Source of the DNA: Trichodelitschia bisporula
Taxonomy: Eukaryota
DNA: 64,000 bases
Direction of reading: 5' to 3'
Assembly: GCA_010356995.1 (NCBI GenBank)
Contig: ML996689.1
Span: forward strand, 1,568,691-1,632,690
The number at the start of each line of letters is the position of its first letter. Position 1 is the first letter of the stretch. Below, piece by piece: positions 22,867 through 35,807 of the stretch. The position numbers and the translations under genes are program-made. Under the pieces are notes generated by a model, which was given only the letters and a program-made list of their open reading frames with translations, did no database searches and was not told where the DNA came from.

Positions 22867-24483
22867 ATGGCGGGGTCCAACCTTGGAACACCTGCGGTTC
22901 AGATGGTTGATGAGTTTGACAGCGAATTGGACAGTATGTCCAGCAGTTTGAACATTCGTGTCAAGCAACTAGAACTAATCTCTCCAGGCGATGCGGAAGA
23001 TGTGCAGTTCATACGTGCCCGCGAGGTGCGGTTACGCTCAAAACTTTATCGGCCCTTCATCCCGCAACCACCGAGAGGAGCCGTTGGTCCTGGAACGGAT
23101 GGCATTTTTCTCTGCCAACACTGTGGACATGAATCACAGTCCGATTCTGAATATGAGTTAGTTGCTGCACAATCTTTCAGAACTCTGCTGAATTGGTTCT
23201 CAAGTGATCACCTCGGCACACACCGTATATGCTTCGTGGACGGGTGCTCGAAGATATTCGATTCGTACGGCAATCTTACGGGGCATCTCAAGGCGACCCA
23301 CAGGATCATCATCCGCAAGAAGTACTACACATGCCCCATGCCCCAATGTCAGCTTTTCGCGAGAGTCTGGCCGCGACTCGATATCTTTCAGTATCATGTC
23401 CGCCGCACGCATCGCTTTGAGGTCCCTACTACGGTGTTTCTGAAGTGAGTGTCGGATTGGACCCTTTTGAGAAAGACCATTGACGGACAAACCAGCGCCG
23501 GCGGCCCGGAGGAGTCCGATGAGGAAGACATGAACTCAGTTCTTTCAATGTGAGTGCCTGAGTGGCTTCTCCTAAAAAAGAATATTGACAGACAATGTAG
23601 CCCTCATCGAAACACGGATGATGTCCCCGTGAGGGCCAACAGCATAATCGACCCGCAAGCCACGCCTTTTTCCCATCCAAATGCACAAGATCCAGACGAA
23701 CCACAAGTCACACCAGTGTCCCGTCCAAATGCACAATATCCAGCTGAGCCACAAGTCACGCCCGTGTCCCATCCAAACGCACACAATCCGGACGAACCAC
23801 AAACTAGACCTATATCAAATTCCAGTACACATGATCCTGGCGGACCTCAAGTTGGGTCCGAGTCCAATCCAAGTGCACACGATCCAGACGAGCCACCAAT
23901 CCGGCCCTTGGCCAGTCCAAGTGCCCAAAATCAGTATGCAAATTACCGCCGCGCAGGGAAGTTTTTCCTGCTCCACACAGGAAAGCTTCACTTGCTAGCG
24001 GTAAAATATCTCGTTCGCACTGTACGTTCATTTCGACTCTGGCTACTCTCCTTACTAGAGAACCATGCAATGGGCAGCCTCACATTTTTCACCTCCCTGG
24101 GATGCTTCGCACTTCAATGCTGCGGGTTTTTTGTGAACACAGGCCAAGCCGCTGAATTACACAGAACATCCGACCCGGAGTTCTTCTTCGCCCTCGTAAA
24201 TTGCTTATGGAACCTTCTTGGCTTCTACTACACAATAGCTCCTCTCATCCGACACCCTGCGTTCCGTTATAAGTTCCCATATGGGGGATGGCTGGGGATG
24301 GCCTCTGGTATTGTCTGTACTATTTTGGGGCCGGTGGAGTGCCTTTTCATCTCAAATGCCCAGTGGTTTTCTTGCGCGGGAATGGCTTTTCAAGTGTATG
24401 CGATGCTAGAGCTGCTGGTTGTTATCGATATAGGCATGAAGAAACGCGCCAGACACGAAAGGGAACGCGAAGGGGAGGTTTGA
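22867..24483 (+). CDS. Hypothetical protein with 3 C2H2 zinc fingers, 16-aa tandem repeats and ~4 C-terminal TM helices; true start may lie upstream (ATG near 22416)
   Basis: Introns 23157-23204, 23445-23495 and 23550-23600 join ORFs 22867-23448 and 23554-24483 in frame; fingers CQHC-x12-HLGTH, CFVDGC-x12-HLKATH and CPMPQC..HVRRTH. Confidence 0.65.
23652..23935 (+). repeat. Coding tandem repeat, 48-nt unit (PQVTPVSHPNAQDPDE-like) x6
   Basis: Recurring ccaaatgcacaagatccagacgaaccacaa-like DNA and matching peptide units. Confidence 0.85.
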
Positions 24484-25001
24484 ACCAGAACTCACAGCCA
24501 GTACGCAAGGAGGGCACAGACGATAGCCGGTGCGAAGTGAAGCGATGTGTAAATGACAAGGAAAAAAAGAGAGTCAAAAGACTCTCGATGCTTAAATACA
24601 CGATGGTGGCAAAGTCCTCCGTAGTTCATTCCTTCACTTGGTGACCACGTTACCGCATTACCCTTGGTTCTTACCCAGAGTGAAATGCTCCTTCCAACCT
24701 AAAGATACTGATACCTGACGATATTCGCCCCTTCCCGTAACTAACGGCCGCAGCTCCTTGCTCACCAAGTACCCCTTCCTCGTGCATGGCCACGCCTGCC
24801 ACCTACAGAGTCAACGGGCGTGCGTGCTGTGGTTGATGTCAATCTTTGTTCCTGATGTTACTCCCTGTCAAAAGCTGGATAGACTGGCCTGCATCTACCC
24901 CACATGAGTAAGAACTGCACTGCTGCACTGGAAGCCCCACTCCATGCTCCTCCTAGAATCCCTCAAAACCCCCTCCGTCCTCAACCGCAGTCCTCACCAA
25001 C

Positions 25002-28000
25002 CTACAAAAACCCCAACCCCTCTCCGCCAACCCACCCCACCTCAGCCCGAACCTCCCCCTCCCCACCACCCACCTTAGCAACCGCCTCCCCCCTTCGCTG
25101 ACGACTCAACTCCGCCCACCTGCTCAGCAATACCCCATCCACCACGCTGCGCGACCCAAACCGCTCACTCTCCACCGCGCGAAAGCTGCGCGGATTCAGG
25201 CCACACGCGTGCGGGAGTACGTTCGTCAGATACGTCTGCAAGCTGCCGAGGCGGCGGTAGGAGCTCTCGGATAGAGGTGTGAGGAGCGCGAGACTGCCCG
25301 TTTGGCTAAGTTGCAGGACGAGATGGCCTGTTGGAGCTGGGGCGTCGATGTCCATGGCGTCGGCGTCGGGCTCGGTGGCAGGCCGCGAGACGGGCGCGGG
25401 GACGGTGCAGGGGAGGAGGGTGAGGCTGATGGGGAAGTGACCGGTGTGGAAGGTGGATTTGTGGATCAGGCGCGTGCCTTGCATGGATTTCGGGTCTGGG
25501 GGGTTAGCTTAGCAAGAAAGAGTAGTGGGGAACGTACTATCAGGATCAAACTCCAGGACATGTAAATCGCAATCCGCGTCCGCAACCAAGAAATACAAAT
25601 GCTTGTCGTGCGGAAGAAACTCCGCGTCAACGACCTCCATCTTCGACCGCCCCTTGCCCAGCATGAGCATCTTGTACGGATCTTCAGTGTACCCCGCGAA
25701 CCACACGCCCTTGGCTACGTCGCCGAGGAGTACCATGCCCGTGCCGGGTAGGTTCTTGGCTACCGTGACGTAGCACTGCATATCCATGAATGCGACGGGG
25801 AGTAGCGTGCGGTCCTCCTTGAGCCCGCGCACGTGGCACTTCTGCCCCTGAGCCATCATGAGGAAGCCCTCGGAGCCAATGGGCGAGATGGCGGAGACGG
25901 CGCCCTTGACTTCGTCCTTGACGATGAGCTTGAGCTTGCGGTCTGTTTCTGGTCGCCCGGGTTCGGGGACGACGGTGATTACGTCGTAGATGTAGATGTT
26001 GCCCATGGTTGACAGGTCTTCGCCCTTCACGATCGCCGTTCCGACTGCTACTAGGGGTTTCCGCTGGCGTGTCATTTCCGAGACTTCGAGGTTGAGCACC
26101 TTGATCGTGAGGACCACTTCGCTGGGATTGAGGGTGATGCTGCATTGCTTAGCCTCACTTTCTCCGATCAGGGGGCACTTACGTTTCGATCTCCGTCCAA
26201 TTCCCAGCGTAAAACACTCGCAGCGTATGCTGATCAATGGTTGGAAGGAACTTGGTATCTGAAGGCATGAGCGGGGAAAGCGATACGAGCCCTGAAATCC
26301 TACCCTCTTTCTGCCATTCGTGATGGTAGTCATCCTCCGGAAGCTTGTACTGCACCTTCTCATTTGTCGCCATTATGTAGATGTCCTTGAGCGGGTAGTA
26401 GCACACCGCCTGGACCTCCTGGCCGAGCTCGACGCGGCGGACCACCCAGCCCGTGTCGCCGAAGCGAGATGTCGGCTGGAGATGGGAGGCATGCAGCTTG
26501 TCCTGCCGACAATTAGTAATAAACAGGCAGTAGAACTGATACACTAACCTCGGAATCGAGGAACGCAAATCCCCGATCAGTTTTCGCAGTGTGGAAGCTC
26601 GCGACGCTCTTCACAGTTTGTCCCCGCAAGCGAATCACGCGCGGTAGACTCGACGCCTCCTTGAAGATGAAGGACGGCGAGCTGCCCAGCTGAAATACCG
26701 TGCTGTAGCCGCCCACGTTGTTTAGTCGCCGTAGAGACGACACCTTGCGGGGCTGCTCTCTCTCCGTCTCTTCCATCGGTGCGGCGAGCACAGGCTGTGG
26801 AATCTTCCTCCATCGCAGGTTTTCAGAAAATGACAGCGTCCGCAAATCTGCAGGGTAGTTGAAGGGCTCGTAGATGACCAAGTCATCGGACTCTACTTGA
26901 GCCTAGGGATGTTAGATTTAGGGACCTAGAATAGCGGCGAACAGTGACGTACAATCAGATACGGCTGCTTGTGAACGCCGTCACCGAGATCAGCTACTGT
27001 AATATCTGTAATCTGTTCCTTGGATATCCCGCGACGGGGCACGTAGCCCGCCGTCAGGATCTGTGGCAGGAGGCCGAGGCCATCGGTTTTGAACACCGAT
27101 TTGTCCACGTTGGGGAATTCGAAAATCTGAAACTATTAGAATTGAGCCACCCCGAGTCGAAGAGCTTACCCGGAAACTGCCATCTTCACCCAGCATGAAG
27201 GCAAAGACGTGATCGTCGGTCATAGCGGATTTGTAGAGACATCCCACGAGCCAGGAGGTGGTGTCGAGCTCTCCACTTAGCGTCTCTTCATCGACCTCTC
27301 CGAGGGTATTGATCTTGAAAAGCTGCACGCTCGAGTTTGCCATGAAGAGTATCAGGTACGGGTCGCAAAAGCTGGCACTGACAACCTCCACTTTCGATGA
27401 CTCCTCATCCTCCTCCTCGTCTGACAAGGGAAGAATCTGCTCGAGGTCGAATTCTACGCAGTACATTAGCCAGATTCAACAGGCAGCACAGGGACAAAAG
27501 CACAAAGCGAGTGGGGAACGACAGGATGGATTGTATTCATCTAACGGATACAAGCCAAAATGGTGTGCATCACGACCTCCCAGCCATATATGTCGTAGCG
27601 TGATTCCGCAGCAGCCTAATACATTCGTGTGGTGCCGTTGATGGACTCCTAGAGGGGGACGATAACAAGGAAGCAGGTGCCACTTACCAGAGTTGAAACA
27701 GCGAATCTCATTCTTGAGAACCTGCACAATCCGCGTGTTGCCCCCTAACGTGCCAACTTCCACGGTAGCGCCAGCCTCAGGCTCAAAGTCGCCCTTCTTA
27801 AGAGGCTCCAGGCCCTTAGCAGTGATGGAGTATGCAGCCGACTCCTCAGGTCCCTCCGCCGGCGTCTTGGAGGCAATCACGAACGTGTCCAACTCCGCTT
27901 CAGCAGAAAGCTGCGACTCCGAATCCTGCGGCCCACCCAGCTGGAGGCCGCGCGGGAGTGACTTCTTCGCATGCATAGACCAGAACCTCTGCACGTCGGT

Positions 28001-29734
28001 CATTTCAATTGTCTGAGCTACAATGGGATCAAGTTCGCGATTGAAGATAGCAAGAGCCCCGGCACTCCCGCGGCCTATGGGATAGACCAGTTCCGACTTT
28101 GGTAGCTCTGAGCCGTTGGATTTATGCTCAGGCGTGCCAGCACCAGCAAAGGTCAACCGCCCAACGGGTGCATAGTTGGGGAGGCTGTCATGGATCCTGA
28201 AGCTGTAGTTCTCCGGATTCACAGGCTCTGCCACAGAAGTGCGGCTTTGCTTGTCTGGCGCGCTAGTCTCGCCATAGATGTCATCATCGTCGTCGTCATC
28301 AATATCATCTTCGTCAAACGACAGATCACCGTCTTCAGCAAGCGCCTCAGCCTGTGACCGCTTGCGGAGGAGCTGAGAGGTCTTGCTGCGGGTCCAGCCA
28401 AGGATGACCGAGTCACTCTCTTCGCTGCCAATGAAAAGCCTGCCGCCTTTGAGAGGGCTTACACATGATGCACCTGTTGTTAGTACTTGGCCCCCGCGCT
28501 CGGCAGGAACAACGTGGATGTCCATCTGCGATACTGACCGACCGTCCAGCCGGAAGGAAAGGATGGCGAGCTGCCCCATTTTTAGCACAATGAGCATTTC
28601 ACCTTGGTCTCCAAGCTGCACAATTCGGCAGTCCTCCAAGCGCAGGGCCAGAGCCGAGTGATCTGACATGGGATATGACGACGCCTGTCTCGTAAACTCG
28701 TTGACGGCAATGGCAGTCGACTTGCCCGCCTGGTCGATGTGGATGAGCTCATTTCCTCCGACAAGCAAGGCCCCGCCCACTGGTAGCGGAAGCGGCACGA
28801 CCTCGAACAGATCGTAGGGGAGATCAGAAATTGTTAGAATAGTTGTGGAAGCACGCTGTTCGATGTCCAGAGTAACAACGGTGTATGACAGGTTGTCTCT
28901 GCGGATCGGCAGCAAGGCCGAGTTGGGGGCCGTCGACGAGGAAAGAACGCCAAAAGTCGGCTCGCGGTACTCGTACAGAAAGGCAAGGTAGACAGGATGT
29001 GTAAGCGTCGGGTCGAGGGCTGTCAGCGGGAGGACGAAGGAACCCGAGTATGGTGTTTCTCCACTCTCGAGTGTTTCGTTCGTAGCTTTGGCTTCAAGCA
29101 TAGGCCGGTCGCCATCGATGTCCGGATCATAGTCGTCGCCTCCAAGGTCATCGGATGCCTGGCGGAACGGCAAGATCGCGAGATGCCGGTATCCAAACTT
29201 GAACGCCGCGCATCGACTGTTAGGATCCACGGTAAGGAAATTGTGGCAGATGCGCAGGTCCGGAGCAAACGGGCTCTGCATCAGCTGGTCGCCTTCGTAG
29301 TAGTGTATCGATATCGTTGACATGCAGTATTCCTCCGGGTCCCACTCCACTAAGCTGAACTTGGCGTCCCGGAACGCGACCAGCAAAGCTTCCCCACCGG
29401 ACTTGCTGCTCATGAGCTTCACCCGCTTCAATGATGTTACAGTCCCAGCAAGTGTGTAGTCCGCTATCAGAACAAACTTCGAGGTCTGCTCCATGCGCTG
29501 GAGAGAAACATCGTTGGTGAAGGTTCGGTCAAAGGCATCTGTCGTGAGATCTTGGGGCGAAGTGTCGTCATCGTGGGCAGTACCGTCAACTTCCGTCGAA
29601 AGCGCCTTCAGCTCAAAGATTTGCAGTACAGAGTTCTTCGCAGTGACGAGGTTCACAGCCTTTGGGCCTAGGAAGGGTAGGGCGATTGAGTGCGAAACAG
29701 CCGTGGGTGGCGTTAGTTCCGTGTAGCACTGCAT
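25002..29734 (-). CDS. CFT1: Cleavage and polyadenylation factor subunit Cft1 (CPSF160), multi-exon
   Basis: [56 protein letters not shown] and CGLNPRSFR; several GT-AG introns. Confidence 0.95.
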
Positions 29735-30109
29735 GATGGCGGTGGTGCTGGCGGCGGTCGATGTGGTAAGCCCTAGAAGACGGGATAGAGCATATCTTGG
29801 TGATGTGCCGAAGTTGAGATGTCGGTGTTGAGAGCTCCAAACGCGCACGTCGAAGCAAGGGACTGGACGCGGCTGGAAATAGTCGGATGATTGTTATTCC
29901 GGACCGAAGCACACTTTCCCAATTGGGATGAGCATTCAAGTTCTTATTTTGGTTTGATTCAAACTGTCTGACACTTGAACCGAACTGTTTGACCTCACAC
30001 TGTTCGGTCTCATACTACGGCCTGGCTACTGTGTAAGGAAACATCTCAACCCATTCATCCCTTCATCAGCAATAGAACGAAAAGAACCCCCAGAACCCGA
30101 TTAAAGGTA

Positions 30110-31277
30110 TTAAGCAGAAGCAACGGCACCAGTCATGAACGCAGCCATAGCCAGAGCATTCCTTGTCTGCAGGAACACGGATCCAGGTCCTAACGAGCGT
30201 CAGAAGCCGCAAATCAGTCCAGTGAACCAACTTACCAGTGAACTTGCACACCAAGCCTTCTCCAGCCGAGAAATTGGAGATGATGCCTCCGCTGGCCACC
30301 CTCTCCAACTTGTACTCGCAATTCCACGCAACGAGATGGCCGTTGTCGACGATGTACTTCTCGCCCGCATCGATCTGCGCGAATTAGCCATGCTCCACCG
30401 CCAGTCAAGAGACCACTCACATCCTTCCTGATGATCGCACCCAAACTGCTGATCCACAGGATACCAGCCCCGCTTATGCGGTATGTCCACCAACCCTCGC
30501 CAGAGAACATAGCCTTGCTAATACCCTGGCTCTTGAAATCCTTATGAACCTTCTCCGTGCACGCTAAAAACGCATCCTTGCCCACATTCCACGCGCTCTT
30601 CCCATCAAGCGTGATACTCGTAATATCACCAAAGCTCGCCGGCGCAAGCAGCAGCTCCCCAGGGCCCGTATAATTCGAATGATTCATATGACCACCCCCA
30701 ATCAGCTTCTTCATGCTGAACTTAATCTCTCCCTTCAGCGTAACCGACGGGCTCATCGCAATCATCGCCCCCGGCCGTGTCACAAGCGGACACCCAATCG
30801 CGAGCTGTATCGTCAGGATGGTATTCGTGTCACGATGGCTGATCCTATAAGCCCCGCCGTTGAACGTGCCAACGTCGTCCGCGCGCGCATGTCCACTGAA
30901 GTGCGCCGCCCCCGGCGCGCCCCCCACCATGTTCACGGGATTGCTCAGGTTGACGGGTGCGGGGGAGGCCGTTTGCTGCGGCGCTGACTGCGGAGGCGCC
31001 GCCGCAGGAGGAGCTGAGGCCTGAGGCGGCGGCTGGAACTGCTGCTGAGGAGGGGGCGCATACTGCTGTTGCAGGGGCGGCGCATACTGCGGTGTCCCGC
31101 TTGGAGGGGGATACGCGGCTGCGGCGGGCGATTGCGAGGGCGGAGGCGGGTAGGCTTGTGCCTGGGGTGGGGGAGGGAAGGACTGTTGCTGGCCGTAGGG
31201 CTGGTCGGGCGGAGCTTGAGAGTTAGCAGCGCGGTAGAGAGGGCGCTGAACTCACGGGCAAAGTATTGGTTTGACAT
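30110..31277 (-). CDS. AIM24-family protein with Pro/Gln-rich N-terminus
   Basis: [43 protein letters not shown] and [10 protein letters not shown] motifs after splicing; TAA at 30112-30110. Confidence 0.85.
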
Positions 31278-31876
31278 GGTGGATAGGGTGGGCGGTTAAG
31301 CTGTTAGTGAGGCTGATAGGGAGCTTTAGGGGAGATGATGGCGGAGACGCAAGGGGTGCACAAAGGATGATGGGCACAAAGACGACGGATGAGGGGCCGC
31401 GACAAAGGTACGGTCTACTATCTCATCTGGAGTACAGCGCGACCGGCGCGGCTTATATGTGGTGTCGACTGCGCCCGCCGGGCTGGAGGTTGGCGGCGCG
31501 GCGCGGGGAGTGGCATGGTGCATCGCGGGGTGCCATTGGCTGAGGGTGGGCAAATTAGCGCCCTTGTACGGTCAGGCGTCTAATGCCCCTCACCAAAGCC
31601 ACGCGTTCCAAATCACGGGAAAATCACTTCATGCTGTGAGCTCTCTAGGAATTGTAGCTTCTCGTAGATACAGCGAACCTAGCGAACTCCGTGGGTCGAT
31701 CCTGACCCCCCCATGCACCCGACCCGACAAATAGCAACAGAACAATGTGCCCCATGCGACCCGGTCTTCCCTTTCATTATCATACCGTTCGTCCACCGCC
31801 CAAACCAATCGCAATGGGCAAAACCATCCAATTTGGCACGTAGCGACGTGACAGCAGCGGCAAGAGAAGGCTAACC

Positions 31877-32884
31877 TCAAGTCTGCTGTCTCTTGCGCTT
31901 GCCGATCTGCGCCGAGAAACCCGTCTTGATGTTCTGTACACTGCGCCTACTGTGGCAGGAATTGCAGGTGACGAAATACAGGCGGTTCTCGCCCTTGTTC
32001 AGGTTCGTATCGGGACTCTTGCAGGTCTTGCAAGTGACATACTCGACAATGTAGCGGCGCAGGATACTGGAGATGTTAGTACAACCCAACAGGAGGAGTG
32101 GCAGCCTTACTTTTCGATTTGCTTGGACTGGAAGCGGCCCTTGATGACCAACCGGCGCGAGCCGTCGACGGATCCGCTGGTACCCATTTCGGCGAACAGG
32201 AACTGGATGACGTGTTCGTCGGTGCGCTTGAGACGCTTGCAGATCTCGGGCAGATTGGCGAAGATGGTCTTCTTGTTGCCTTCTCGCAAGCACTGCGGCG
32301 GCGGGATCTTGTAGCTCTTCGCGGCGCCAATCAGGTCCGGGTGGCGATCGTGGAGCAGTGTAAAGAAGCGGTTCAGAAGCAGCTTGTAGTTGACGGGCGT
32401 CGTGTTGTCATGCTCCCAGATGCCGGTGCCCTTGATCAGGTCACCTTCCTCGACAGGCTCGGGCTCCTCCTCGGCCTTCTCCTCGACCTCGCCTGCTTTC
32501 GCAAGCTGCTTCTCGAAGTCGTCGTCGAGCGTCTTGGCGACCTTCTTCTTCTTTTTCTTCTTGAGAGCGGACATGTCGAGCTCATCATCGCCTTCGGCCT
32601 TCTCGCCATCGGCCTCATCAGCTTCCTTCTTGGGCTTCTTCTTCTTCTTCTTCGCGAGGTCCTTGAACATGTCCTGTGGACGTTAGCGAATGTCGCGCGA
32701 CACAGTTAGAGCTACATACCGTCATGTCGTCGACAGACCCAACAGTGCCATCAGCAGAGTGCTTCTCGGCGGTATCTTTGTCGCCGGTACCATTCAGGGA
32801 GACCTCGCCGTTCTCGGTAACGAGTGTTGCCTCATCCATGAACGCAACGGATTTGCGCTTCGGCTTATCGAATTCGTCCGCCAT
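31877..32884 (-). CDS. SUI3: Translation initiation factor eIF2 beta subunit
   Basis: Poly-Lys boxes, [28 protein letters not shown] and a C-terminal CKTC..CNSC finger; two introns. Confidence 0.96.
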
Positions 32885-33789
32885 GATTGCGGTTTGTGCG
32901 AGAGTTATTCGATGAGTAGGAACGTGGGAGGAGGCTGTATTGATGCAGTTGCGTCGAGAGGTGTGTGTTCAGGTGTTTAGTGGCGAGGTGGAGTTGACTT
33001 GTGTCGATGGTAAAATGTGGGATGTTGCGGGTGGGGCTTGGCATGATGACTCCGACGTCCGGGTGAACTTCGCGCCACGGTACGCTGCACCCCGCAGCCA
33101 ATCATCGATGTCGTCACCGACCACCGCCACTCGATTTCAACTATCTCATGTCTTCAATCTTTTGAGTTTATCATCTCTTCCAGGGCCTTCTCTTCTGAGT
33201 TCAACTGTAGTTCGGCTTCCCGAAATTTTATCCCAAACTTTGTTTATTCTGCACCATGCCACGGGAAGCTCCCTCTCTTAAACGGCTTTCCGCCAGTTTT
33301 GATATCGACCTAATGTGGTAGGCGATATCGCCTGACACACTGTACACCTTTAGCAAGCTGAATATTCACGAAGACCCCTTCTCTTCGTAGAGGGAGTATT
33401 TCAACCTCATCCATTCTATCAATTCGTGCGTACTTGGAAGAAGCTTGCCTGTTGTGTTCTAGATGAGGCCCCTCAATGCCCCGCATTGATACGAGTACAA
33501 GGCGAGATTCGGACAGGATCGCCGCCGAGCCATGGACCTCCATAAGTACCCTCTCCACATGACCATGTCCTTCATATCGACATTCCAAATCCCTTCGACC
33601 CCTCCATCGCATTGCCCACATCTACCCCTCCAACCACCACTCTAGCGGGGTCAAACCGGCTCTCTTGGCACAAGCTCCCAGCCCGCAAGCCCTGCGCCAA
33701 TAACCTCCGCGCGCCAGCTCCACACCCGCTTCCGCTTCCAACTCTCGACCACGACCGCACCTCGTCCCCATCCTCGCAGCGCCGCAGCA

Positions 33790-34195
33790 ATGTCATCGTC
33801 GGCCACCGATTCCTACGTCCTCCCGCCCGCCACGCCGACCCCCTCCTCTCAGATCTCCGATGACATTGACTCGCTCCCTTCGTCCCCGACGCACAGCGAG
33901 CTCGACCTCGACGAAGATGAGCAGCTCGAGTCAGATGCCGAGCGCGAGTGGCGCGAGAGCTTGCAGCAGCTCGAGCTGCTGTTGACGATGGTCCTGGTAC
34001 CATATGTTGGAAAATACCTTGGGCGGAAGTGCGCGTACTGGGGTGAGTTGGACCGACTTCCTCTGGGCGTTCAAGGGACTAAGCAAGGCAGGTTGGGCCA
34101 AGTTCATGCAATGGCAGTGGCCGGATATCTCTGTGCAGATTACAGACCGCAAGGCGTTCCGCGCGGCGGGCATCGTGGGTGCGGCGACGATATAG
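33790..34195 (+). CDS. MIM2: Mitochondrial outer-membrane import protein Mim2
   Basis: Acidic N-terminus then SDAEREWRESLQQLELLLTMVLVPYVGKYLGRKCAYWGW; intron ~34043-34091. Confidence 0.85.
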
Positions 34196-35226
34196 ATGGG
34201 CATACGAATACATACACATGGCGTTTGCGACGGCTTTAGCGTCGGGAGTTTGGCGCTGGCTTCTGGGGTTCGTGATGCATACCACGAGCGGGGCAGCTGT
34301 GGGGGATTACATGTATCTCTGTTCTGCTGGACAGAGGAAAAGCATCGGATGCAATTGATGGCGGTAGAGGCGGTTGTAAAGCCCATCCTGCCTTGAAACT
34401 CACCCTCTTCTAGTCTGACCTCATCTTGTAGCAGGTCCTCCGGGGAGACGATACTGCATATCATTTCCCCGCAAACACCTGCTGGCATTCGCCAACCTAA
34501 ATGGGCCGAAAAGCACCTCTCCCACCCCCGCTATCTTGCAAATATCAACCCGCATGCCTCAAAAGGGCGCAGAAATCCAACCAACGTTCGAATACAGTTT
34601 TCTAGCCCCGGTCCGACCACGCTGGTTGGCTGCCGGCGAGGCCGGTTACCATCGGAAGCCAGCCAAGGCCCTGATCATCTGCCCCGACTCCACGCGCGGC
34701 TCGCGCATGGCAGGCGCGGACGCGTTGACATGGACTCGGAGTGAGGAGCAAGGCCTGATGTTGGCTAATGCGTTGCTCTGAATGGCTTTGTCGGCCACGC
34801 ACCTGATCGGTGACGGAGAAGCCCCGCTCCGGGAACAAATGAAGGCCATTGTTGTGACTACCGGAATGAGGATTGAAGAGGAGGCGTCACATGGCGAGAC
34901 GTGGCGATGTACTCGTGCTGCATTTTTGCTCTGCTTTGTACCTGGTGTCCGTTTGAGAGCTGGATTGAGGTGAACTGGATCCCCGATGCAGGGTGCGTTA
35001 GCTCGCCAAGCAGGGACAGGGCTGCGTCATCTGTACAATGTCAAAGGGCGTAGGGCGAATGGTTTTGCGAATTTTACTGCTCAGCCGGCTTTGAAGAGAA
35101 GGTGAAGAGTTTTACGAGCAAGGAGCGGGTCGGGTGGAAGGCGGCGAGAATCCTATATGGCTCAATGGAGGAGTCAATTCCGGAGTTCCATCAAAGGCTC
35201 CGTAATGCATTGTGGCCGGCGGCAGG

Positions 35227-35406
35227 CGATAGGCGCACAATAGGATGGCGAGCCACATAATTCGACTGCGTTGTAGCGAACTGCGACACGCGAGACTATC
35301 GTCCTATTCGTCTCTCAAAGCGCACCAGAGGTTGTCGCTGCATCCCCCGCAGATAAGGCGCCTCAGCCTATCAGCCTTGCAGTTAACTGCATTCATGCAT
35401 TTATCT
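35227..35406. promoter_or_regulatory. Cluster of five HGATAR (GATA-factor) sites upstream of the aminotransferase
   Basis: CGATAG 35227, CTATCG 35296, AGATAA 35351, CTATCA 35368, TTATCT 35401. Confidence 0.45.
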
Positions 35407-35807
35407 GGTGGTTTGCGCAGCGGAGACGGTGAACTGTTGAGTAAAATTCAGGTATCCGCAATTGAAGTGCTGTCAACAGTACATACTTATGAGAGGAATA
35501 TATCAAAAGTTAATAGAGCATGTGTCCGCAGCGCGAGGGAATACCATGGTGGACGTCAATAGCGGCATGACCAGGTACCAGAAATGGAAAGTACTAGACT
35601 GGAACGAGAAGCACCAACGATGTTTCCATTCCTGACGCCAACCCTTCTGCGGGTCCCCACTAAAAGCCCATCACCAGGTTAATTTCCACCGCATATAGCC
35701 GATGTCGCCCCCCACTGCACTTTTCCTCTTGACCTCTCTCCTCCCGCCGCACTTCCTACCATAAACTCTCTCCTCCCATCTCCACTCTCTCTGATACCAC
35801 CGCCATC

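Noticed and set aside
23652..23935. Regularly spaced repeats resembling a CRISPR array
   Set aside because: In-frame 48-nt coding repeats with no unique spacers, in a eukaryotic context with no cas genes
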